64,000 bases of DNA from an uncultured Candidatus Saccharibacteria bacterium (GTDB lineage Bacteria; Patescibacteriota; Minisyncoccia; Phycocordibacterales; PALSA-1337), in assembly GCA_964412585.1 (NCBI GenBank), contig CAYPPJ010000003.1:12027-76026 (forward strand), in the 5' to 3' direction. The first letter of the stretch is position 1. Every line of letters starts with the position of its first letter. A program made the translations under genes and the position numbers. Under the pieces are notes generated by a model. The model was not told where the DNA came from and ran no database searches. It saw nothing but the letters and a program-made list of their open reading frames with translations. Positions 57,241 to 64,000 of this stretch are shown here, piece by piece.

Positions 57241-57273
57241 ACGCCCAGGCTTTTGCCCGGGCGTTCTCTTTTT
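57240..57273 (+). terminator. Intrinsic terminator
   Basis: AACGCCCAGGC-TTTT-GCCCGGGCGTT followed by CTCTTTTT. Confidence 0.7.
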
Positions 57274-57349
57274 ATACGATCATATTGTCCCCATGAAATC
57301 CGCAGTTCCGCGAAGCGGTCGACACATTCTATCTGCTATACTCACCAGC

Positions 57350-59095
57350 ATGACCCAATCTCAAGCACTCGATATTCTCAAAATGGGGAGGAATGTGTTC
57401 ATCACTGGACCGGCAGGTTCAGGTAAAACCTATGTCATCAATCAGTACATTAAATACTTGAAAGATCATGAGGTCTCGATTGGCATTACAGCCTCGACTG
57501 GTATTGCCGCTACGCACATGGGTGGCGTAACGATCCACTCGTGGTCGGGTATGGGTATCAAAAATAATATGAGTGACCATGATCTAGCAGCACTCGCCGA
57601 CAAGCCCCACGTCGCTCGACGCATTCGCGAATCGGCTGTACTCATCATCGACGAAGTTTCTATGCTCCATCACTTCCGCTTGGATACACTCAACGCAATC
57701 ACCCAGCATATCCGCAAAAGCACTCAGCCATTTGGTGGATTGCAGATTGTCTTGTGTGGCGACTTTTTCCAGCTACCGCCGGTGTCGAAATACGGCGAGC
57801 CAGATACCCATTTCATCTATCGGTCCGAAGCCTGGCGTGATGGCACATTCACCGTCTGCTACCTCGAAGAAAATTATCGTCAAGGTAATGACCCGATCGT
57901 TTCTGTACTTAACGAAATTCGCAGTGGGGAAGTATCCGAAGAGGCGCGTGAACAGTTGCGGAGCCGACATAACCTTGGAGAATGGATTGGCGCAAGCGAA
58001 CAGACTCGTTTGTATACGCATAACGTCGATGTCGATACGATCAACGACACTGAGCTCGATAAAGTGGATGAGCACGAAATAACCTATGAAATGACCTCTC
58101 ATGGTAGGAAGCCACTGGTCGAGGCCTTGAAAAAATCCTGTCTGGCGCCAGAAAAACTCCGTCTCAAAAAAGGCGCGCGAGTCATGTGCGTCAAGAATAA
58201 TTTTGATAAAGGCTATGTCAACGGCACGCTCGGCGTGGTTGTTTCCTGCGGGTATGGTGTTGACCCGGTGATTCGTACTGCGGGTATGCCTGATTTTCCT
58301 GATGGACGGTTGGTGACCATAGAGCTTGCCGATTGGTCTATAGAAGATGATGGAAAAGTGTTGGCGCAGATTACTCAGTATCCACTTCGGCTGGCATGGG
58401 CGATTACCATCCACAAAAGCCAGGGCATGTCGCTCGACGCGGTCGAAGTCGATCTATCGAGAGCTTTTGAGCCGGGTATGGGGTATGTGGCTCTGTCACG
58501 AGTGCGTACGCTGGCAGGGCTTTCTATTTTGGGTATGAATGAAGGAGCTCTCCATGTTCATCCGGAAGTTCTCGAGTACGATTGTCATCTCAAAGAATTG
58601 TCAGTTAAAGCTGAGCGGGTTATGGACAGCATGGATAGCAAGGAAATAATTGCTGCACAGCATGGATTCTTGGCACGAGTTGCACCGCTCTATTCTGTAG
58701 GAAAAGATGGAAAAAAGAAGCGCGTGAAGGAAAAGAAGCTTTCGACGTTTGAGAAGACGGCCGTGTTGATCCGCAATCAGATGTCGCTCAAGGAAATCGC
58801 GGCGGAGCGAGGCATGATTGTCGAGACCATCATCAGTCATATCGAAAAATTGATTGAGATGGGTCCGGATAGCGGTGGGCTGACCTTGAATGAGATTTCA
58901 TATCTCAAAAAGGAGATTTCACCGATTCATTTTCTCAAAATTGAAAAAGCGCTGGAAGAAGTTACCGAAAAACAAAAAAAAGATGAGCCGCCGCTACTCA
59001 CGCCAGTGAAGAGGATTGTTGGCTCAAATGTCTCGTTTCGAGATATTCAGTTGGCGCGGGTATTGTTGGGGTATGTGAAGAGGAAGGTGAGTTGA
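57350..59095 (+). CDS. PIF1-like SF1B helicase with C-terminal HTH
   Basis: TGPAGSGKT, ASTGIAA, IIDEVSM, CGDFFQLPPV, LAWAITIHKSQG and YVALSR motifs; start 57350 (TGcTATACT-N7-ATG). Confidence 0.92.
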   Translation: MTQSQALDILKMGRNVFITGPAGSGKTYVINQYIKYLKDHEVSIGITASTGIAATHMGGVTIHSWSGMGIKNNMSDHDLAALADKPHVARRIRESAVLIIDEVSMLHHFRLDTLNAITQHIRKSTQPFGGLQIVLCGDFFQLPPVSKYGEPDTHFIYRSEAWRDGTFTVCYLEENYRQGNDPIVSVLNEIRSGEVSEEAREQLRSRHNLGEWIGASEQTRLYTHNVDVDTINDTELDKVDEHEITYEMTSHGRKPLVEALKKSCLAPEKLRLKKGARVMCVKNNFDKGYVNGTLGVVVSCGYGVDPVIRTAGMPDFPDGRLVTIELADWSIEDDGKVLAQITQYPLRLAWAITIHKSQGMSLDAVEVDLSRAFEPGMGYVALSRVRTLAGLSILGMNEGALHVHPEVLEYDCHLKELSVKAERVMDSMDSKEIIAAQHGFLARVAPLYSVGKDGKKKRVKEKKLSTFEKTAVLIRNQMSLKEIAAERGMIVETIISHIEKLIEMGPDSGGLTLNEISYLKKEISPIHFLKIEKALEEVTEKQKKDEPPLLTPVKRIVGSNVSFRDIQLARVLLGYVKRKVS

Positions 59096-59119
59096 TAAGT
59101 CATTTGCTATACTCAGGGC

Positions 59120-59374
59120 ATGTTCTACGTCTACATTCTCCACTGCTCCGATGGCACCTACTATGTTGGTTCAACGAATGATTTGGAGAAGCGGTTACAT
59201 TCGCATAATCATTTGAAATCAGGCGCACATTATACGAAAATCCGCCGACCTGTTACGTTGGTCTACTCAAGAAAGTGCAGAACCTATTCAAAGGTGCGCT
59301 CCCTTGAAGGAGAGTTCAAACGACTAAGTCGGGCAGAAAAAACTCAATTGATCGAACGCGCCGCAAAGAAATGA
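59120..59374 (+). CDS. GIY-YIG nuclease family protein (UPF0213)
   Basis: FYVYIL.CSDGTYYVGST.DLEKR...HN and GA.YT..RRPV motifs. Confidence 0.92.
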   Translation: MFYVYILHCSDGTYYVGSTNDLEKRLHSHNHLKSGAHYTKIRRPVTLVYSRKCRTYSKVRSLEGEFKRLSRAEKTQLIERAAKK

Positions 59375-59913
59375 ATATTCCTTACACATGTATCCGAAGT
59401 TCGCGTGCTCGTAGCATGCGCATCACTATTTATCCGACCGGTGAGGTCAAGGTGACGGCGCCACGACTGGTCCCTGAATTTGTAGTCAGGCGTTTTGTGG
59501 CGAGCAGGGAAGAATGGATCTCGAGAAAGGTTGCAGAATTCAAGTCGAGGCCAGTCGCGCCAAAACGAATTCAATGGGGAACTGGAAAGCGTCGTGAATA
59601 TCTAGCGCACAAAAAAGCAGCGTATGCTTTGGCGGTTGAAAAGGTCCGTCATGTTGCAGAAAAATATGGCGTACAGTTCGGCACTATTACTATTCGAAAT
59701 CAGAAAACTCGCTGGGGAAGTTGTACGAGGAAAGGGAATTTGAGCTTCAGTTATCGCATTGTCTTTTTGCCCGAGGAATTGCAGAACTATTTGGTAGTCC
59801 ATGAAGTGTGTCATATTCGTGAGTTCAACCACTCAAAGGCATTCTGGGAGTTAGTTGCACAAGAGGTTCCGAAGTATACAGAATTGAGAAAAAGGCTGAA
59901 GGGGATCGAATGA
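59371..59913 (+). CDS. YgjP/DUF45 SprT-like zinc metalloprotein
   Basis: QKTRWGSC, YLVVHEVCH and NHS..FW motifs. Confidence 0.9.
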   Translation: MNIPYTCIRSSRARSMRITIYPTGEVKVTAPRLVPEFVVRRFVASREEWISRKVAEFKSRPVAPKRIQWGTGKRREYLAHKKAAYALAVEKVRHVAEKYGVQFGTITIRNQKTRWGSCTRKGNLSFSYRIVFLPEELQNYLVVHEVCHIREFNHSKAFWELVAQEVPKYTELRKRLKGIE

Positions 59914-59917
59914 GTTG

Positions 59918-61234
59918 TTACTTCACGCTATTTCCCGCCACATACCCACTCGTCCAGCAGATTTGCAAACTATAGCCGCCCGACGGACGATCAATGTTAA
60001 GAATATCGCCGACCAAATAAAGATTGGAAACAAGCTTTGATTGCATGGTTTTGAAATCAACTTCAGTCAGTACCACGCCACCTGATGTGACAATAGCTTT
60101 TTCTACGCCGAGCAAACCCGTTGCTTGCATACGCAGATCTTTGAGGAGTCTTACGAGATTGAGTCGTTCTTCGCGGGTCACGCTGTGGCAGAAGGTGTCG
60201 GGATTGATACCAGATTTCTCTACGATAACAGGTGCGAGCGATGACGGGACCAGTGAGCCGAGTGAATTTTTGAACTTTTTGTTGCTCTCTTTTTTGAAAA
60301 GATCTTGCAGTGCGTCATTCATAGTTGAGTAATCGTGTTTCGGCATAACGTCCACTGAAATAACCACTTCTCCATATTTGAGGAGTTCGCGGATGTCTTT
60401 ACTCATGTTGAGAATAGTCGGACCGCTGACGCCAAAATGAGTAAAGAGAATTTTACCTTTCTTCACGGCCTGCTTGGTTTCATTCTGGAAGAGCGTAATT
60501 TTCACCTCCGGCAATGAGAGGCCAGAAATTCGTTTCACCCACTCATCTGCTACTTTCACGGGAACGAGGGCCGCATCTGGTTCGATCACCGAGTGGCCGA
60601 GCTTTTTGAGCCAGGCAAAGCCGTCGCCGGTCGAACCGGTTTCTGGACGGGATTTGCCACCAGTTGCGAGGATGAATGAGTTGGCGTTAATAGTTTTGCC
60701 GCCTTTGAGCTGGATGGATTGAATGCGTCGCGGGGAAGCTTTGGTGACTTCATCAACGGTCTCATTGAATCCGGTAACTGTAGAATTTGAGAGCATCGTA
60801 ACATTTCCTTTTCTCATATATTCAACCAACACATCACAGACCGACTGTGCTGAATCGCTAACAGGAAAGACACGCTTTTCTGCCTCAACTTTTGTCTTCA
60901 TGCCGTGTGAGTTGAAAAAATCCAACGCCCCTTTAACACTGAACTGTGAGAAAGCTGAAAAAAGGAATTTGTCATTTTCTTTGAATTTGGCCAAAAGTGT
61001 TCGGTCGTCAAATTCAGCGTTGGTGACATTGCATCGTCCGCCGCCAGTAATAAGAAGTTTTTTGCCGAGTGTGTCATTTTTCTCGATCAAGATCACCTTG
61101 AGTCCGCGTTCAGCTGCGCGTCCTGCAGCCATCATACCAGCCGGTCCACCACCGATCACGGCGACGTCGAAAATCTGATCGAAGATTTCGGGGCGAATTT
61201 TTGGCGGTGTTGTAGCGGTAACGCTTTTCTTCAT
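59918..61234 (-). CDS. HI0933/YhiN (BaiN-like) flavoprotein
   Basis: IGGGPAGMMAA, GKKLLITGGGRCNVTN, LATGG.S.P.TGSTGDG, A.VT.GGV and GGY.LQ motifs. Confidence 0.93.
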   Translation of the reverse strand: MKKSVTATTPPKIRPEIFDQIFDVAVIGGGPAGMMAAGRAAERGLKVILIEKNDTLGKKLLITGGGRCNVTNAEFDDRTLLAKFKENDKFLFSAFSQFSVKGALDFFNSHGMKTKVEAEKRVFPVSDSAQSVCDVLVEYMRKGNVTMLSNSTVTGFNETVDEVTKASPRRIQSIQLKGGKTINANSFILATGGKSRPETGSTGDGFAWLKKLGHSVIEPDAALVPVKVADEWVKRISGLSLPEVKITLFQNETKQAVKKGKILFTHFGVSGPTILNMSKDIRELLKYGEVVISVDVMPKHDYSTMNDALQDLFKKESNKKFKNSLGSLVPSSLAPVIVEKSGINPDTFCHSVTREERLNLVRLLKDLRMQATGLLGVEKAIVTSGGVVLTEVDFKTMQSKLVSNLYLVGDILNIDRPSGGYSLQICWTSGYVAGNSVK

Positions 61235-61316
61235 GTGGGTAGAGTAGCATAACTACGGTATAATTCTAACTAGCGTTCCTTGAGAGCGTAATCACCCACA
61301 ACCCAAAGGCCTTACT

Positions 61317-62162
61317 ATGGATGCTTCTATGTCGAACGGGAGGAAGGTCGAAGAGCCCTTTTCCCCGGTATTGTTTATCGTAACCGTTGTTCTCACTCTG
61401 CTCGCAATTTTCGGGGCGCTGGCGCTGTGTGTTCCCAGCATTTGGGCCACGCAGATCCATTCGTCATCGTGGATGATATTCAAAGTTTTTCTCGTCACGC
61501 ATGTTATTGCGGCGGGATTTGAGTTTGTTTTTCACCGATATGTTTTCCATAAACATCCCATTCCGTTTCTGAAGCGTTTTTATACGCAACACACGATTCA
61601 TCACGGCCTGACCAACGTCAAACTGATACGGTCTGCTGATGGTAAAAGAGTCTTCAACAGATACGCCATCGTCACAGAAAAACAGCACGAAGCTTCGTAT
61701 TTTCCGTGGTTCTCGCTTGGTGCATTTATCGGCGTCAGCTCGCCGGTACTTATCATCGCGCAGTTACTCATGCCCAGTCTGCCCATCTTGTACGGTGGCA
61801 TCCTGGCAATCGCGTGGTCAATGATTCTGTATGAACTCATCCACGCGCTCGAGCACTTGGAATACGAGACGTTTTGGAAGTCGCGTATTGAACACCCTGT
61901 TTTTGGTAGATGTTGGAAAATCGCCTACTGCTTTCATCTGCGTCATCATGCCAACATTTTGTGCAATGAAGCGGTCGGGGGATTTTTCGGATTTCCCATC
62001 TTCGATTGGGTTTGTCGTACCTACATGTCATCGCGCTTGGTTCTTCTTGAAGGAGTGCCGGCGATCGAACAGGATTTCGAGCCGCCGCGGCCAATCTGGC
62101 CCGTTCGTGTCCTCGATACGTGGGCTGATTACTTCACGAGATTGCAGAGTAAGCCGGCCTAA
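61317..62162 (+). CDS. Membrane di-iron His-box protein (fatty-acid hydroxylase / sterol desaturase superfamily)
   Basis: EF.FHRY.FH, HTIHH, YE.IH..EH and HLRHH His boxes with TM helices. Confidence 0.8.
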   Translation: MDASMSNGRKVEEPFSPVLFIVTVVLTLLAIFGALALCVPSIWATQIHSSSWMIFKVFLVTHVIAAGFEFVFHRYVFHKHPIPFLKRFYTQHTIHHGLTNVKLIRSADGKRVFNRYAIVTEKQHEASYFPWFSLGAFIGVSSPVLIIAQLLMPSLPILYGGILAIAWSMILYELIHALEHLEYETFWKSRIEHPVFGRCWKIAYCFHLRHHANILCNEAVGGFFGFPIFDWVCRTYMSSRLVLLEGVPAIEQDFEPPRPIWPVRVLDTWADYFTRLQSKPA

Positions 62163-62181
62163 GCTAGCTACTCTATTTCGC

Positions 62182-62212
62182 GCCGCCCGGAGGTTCTGGG
62201 CGGCTTTTATTT
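62182..62212 (+). terminator. Intrinsic terminator
   Basis: GCCGCCCGGA...TCTGGGCGGC followed by TTTTATTT. Confidence 0.7.
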
Positions 62213-62239
62213 GACTTTTTCCTTCAAATAGTTTATAGT
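62211..62239 (+). promoter_or_regulatory. sigma70 promoter of the DEAD-box helicase, followed by a structured 5' leader
   Basis: TTGACT-N17-TATAGT; downstream hairpins CTGATGGG/CCCATCGG and GTGCGC/GCGCAC. Confidence 0.6.
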
Positions 62240-62341
62240 GATTACCTATCAATCTCTCATTGTTCGCCTTTGAAATCTATAGGCATTCTGATGGGATAAC
62301 GCCCATCGGGCATGTCGTGCGCATCAGCGCACATAATATGT

Positions 62342-63577
62342 ATGTATCAAAAGCATTTTAGAGGCGGAAGCCATAGCGGCGCCGCCAAACAGTTCAATTA
62401 TAGGAAACCAGGTGGCCGAGGAGGTCATGGAGGCGGCAGGGGACGCGGTGGTCGCGGACCAGGCGGTGGTTTTTCCAAATATATCGACGTCTCAAAGTTT
62501 GTGAACAAGGCGGTCATTACCGAAAAGACTGAGCACTTTGTGCCAGATCACAATTTTGCTGATTTCCAGATCGACAATCGTCTCAAAACAAACATTGCGA
62601 CAAAGGGTTATTTTGTCCCAACACCAATCCAAGATAAGGCAATACCACATGTTCTCCGAGGAGCCGACCTTGTTGGTATTGCCAATACTGGTACTGGAAA
62701 GACTGCCGCATTCTTGATTCCTCTCATCAACAAGATCCTCACCAATCCAAAAGAAAAAGTGCTGATCATCGTGCCAACACGCGAACTTGCTCAGCAGATT
62801 GAGCAGGAGTTCATGGGCTTTGTAAAGCATATGGCACTCTGGTCAGTCTGTTGCGTCGGTGGGGCATCTATCGTACCTCAGCTCAAGGCGCTTGGACGCC
62901 AATACAATTTCGTCATTGGTACGCCCGGACGTCTTCGTGACCTTATCGAACGCGGCAAGATCCGTCTCAACGAATACGCCACCGTCGTTCTCGATGAGGC
63001 TGATCGTATGCTTGATATGGGATTCATCAACGATATCAAGTTCATGATGGCTGGTATGCCAAAGGTGCGCCAAACATTGTTTTTCTCGGCGACTATGTCT
63101 CCAGAAATCAAGGCGCTCATTTCTCATTTCCTCAAAGATCCTGTCAGCATCTCAGTGAAAACTGCGGACACCGCTCAGTCAGTCGAACAGGATATTATCC
63201 GTGTTCCAGTAGGGCAGAATAAGCTCGATGTTCTCCAAGGTCTCCTCAATCAGCCTGGTTTTACCAAGGTTCTCATTTTCGGCAAAACCAAACACGGAGT
63301 TCAACGACTCGCTGAGGATCTCATCAAGCGTGGATTTACCGCAGAAGCTATTCATGGCAACAAGAGTCAGAGTCAGCGTATGCGCGCACTCAAAGCCTTC
63401 AAGGATCATCAGGTCAAGATTTTGACGGCAACTGATGTTGCTGCACGTGGTCTTGATATCTCTGGTATTACTCACGTGATCAACTTTGATATTCCCGCTA
63501 CGTATGAAGATTACGTTCATCGTATTGGCCGTACTGGTCGTGCGGGAAAGCAGGGAAAGGCACTGACGTTTGTGTAA
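62342..63577 (+). CDS. DEAD-box RNA helicase with N-terminal RGG-rich extension
   Basis: PTPIQ, ANTGTGKT, PTRELA, TPGR, DEAD, SAT, ARGLD and HRIGRTGRAG motifs. Confidence 0.96.
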   Translation: MYQKHFRGGSHSGAAKQFNYRKPGGRGGHGGGRGRGGRGPGGGFSKYIDVSKFVNKAVITEKTEHFVPDHNFADFQIDNRLKTNIATKGYFVPTPIQDKAIPHVLRGADLVGIANTGTGKTAAFLIPLINKILTNPKEKVLIIVPTRELAQQIEQEFMGFVKHMALWSVCCVGGASIVPQLKALGRQYNFVIGTPGRLRDLIERGKIRLNEYATVVLDEADRMLDMGFINDIKFMMAGMPKVRQTLFFSATMSPEIKALISHFLKDPVSISVKTADTAQSVEQDIIRVPVGQNKLDVLQGLLNQPGFTKVLIFGKTKHGVQRLAEDLIKRGFTAEAIHGNKSQSQRMRALKAFKDHQVKILTATDVAARGLDISGITHVINFDIPATYEDYVHRIGRTGRAGKQGKALTFV

Positions 63578-63606
63578 TCAATTTTTGGGGTAAAATATAT
63601 TCAGAT

Positions 63607-63635
63607 AAAAAAAGCCCGGCTCGTGAGAGTCGGGT
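63607..63635 (-). terminator. Intrinsic terminator between convergent genes
   Basis: AAAAAAAGCCCGGCTC-GTGA-GAGTCGGGT. Confidence 0.65.
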
Positions 63636-63661
63636 GGTATGGTGAGCGGATGTTTTGGAAA

Positions 63662-64000
63662 TTATGCCGGTTCGGGCATACGCAAGCCCCTGACCATTTC
63701 TGGTTTGAGAACTACTCCCGTTTCCCCAACATATCCTCGTGGCAGCAAAATCGCGCTGCCAACTCCAGGTATTTTGAAGCGGAATGAATTGGCATCTGAT
63801 GCTTCACGGGGTATGCCGCTCAGAGTATAATCAAATGCGATTGTCAGACGTTTTGGGTCTTCGCAGATTTCCCACCTACGAGTGCATGCTGGTCCGCCGC
63901 CGGAATCTTTTTGTGCGCACCAATCAAGCATAAAGGTGAATTGATTGTCGGTATCTCCCATCATCATCCGTGCAATGGGGCCGCCATACCGCATTATCCC
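63662..64000 (-). CDS. Hypothetical protein (probably partial; frame is open to the window edge)
   Basis: Open frame that ends just before a terminator. Confidence 0.45.
   Translation of the reverse strand, partial: GIMRYGGPIARMMMGDTDNQFTFMLDWCAQKDSGGGPACTRRWEICEDPKRLTIAFDYTLSGIPREASDANSFRFKIPGVGSAILLPRGYVGETGVVLKPEMVRGLRMPEPA

Noticed and set aside
57068-57349. 94-aa N-terminal extension of the PIF1-like helicase in the ORF track
   Set aside because: It crosses a terminator and low-complexity sequence; the real start is better supported at 57350.
57350-59913. Helicase + GIY-YIG + metalloprotease as a defence system
   Set aside because: All three are common stand-alone housekeeping-type families, and the GIY-YIG gene has its own promoter.
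1-64000. Alternative genetic code (TGA read as Gly or Trp)
   Set aside because: Long genes are intact under code 11 and TGA ends complete genes (e.g. 249, 59095, 59913).

Overview
Bacterial chromosomal window using the standard code (TGA is a stop). It most likely comes from a Patescibacteria/CPR (Parcubacteria-like) organism; this is inferred from gene content, Thr/Ser-rich surface proteins and pervasive leaderless promoters. The dominant feature is a modular cell-surface assembly system. Locus A (1-5901) encodes two paralogous WxL/pilin-like subunits, a membrane-anchored DUF916/chaperone-like protein, an FN3-dockerin protein and two membrane-anchored cohesin-like proteins. Locus B (19020-37886) encodes a 5595-aa giant protein (about 49 GLUG-like repeats each carrying a PGRS-like glycine insert, 16 FN3 repeats, C-terminal dockerin) followed by the same short and long cohesin pair. 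A fifth cohesin-like gene lies at 48921-50273. The rest comprises housekeeping genes (pyrG, trhO, tRNA-Gln, ndh, ABC-F, PIF1-like and DEAD-box helicases), an accessory gene string after the tRNA, and many stand-alone promoter-ORF-terminator units, including ilvC and ilvD, which are unexpected in CPR. There is also an unannotated, strongly structured candidate ncRNA of about 190 nt at 57051-57240. All calls come from reading the sequence and recognising motifs; no searches were run.
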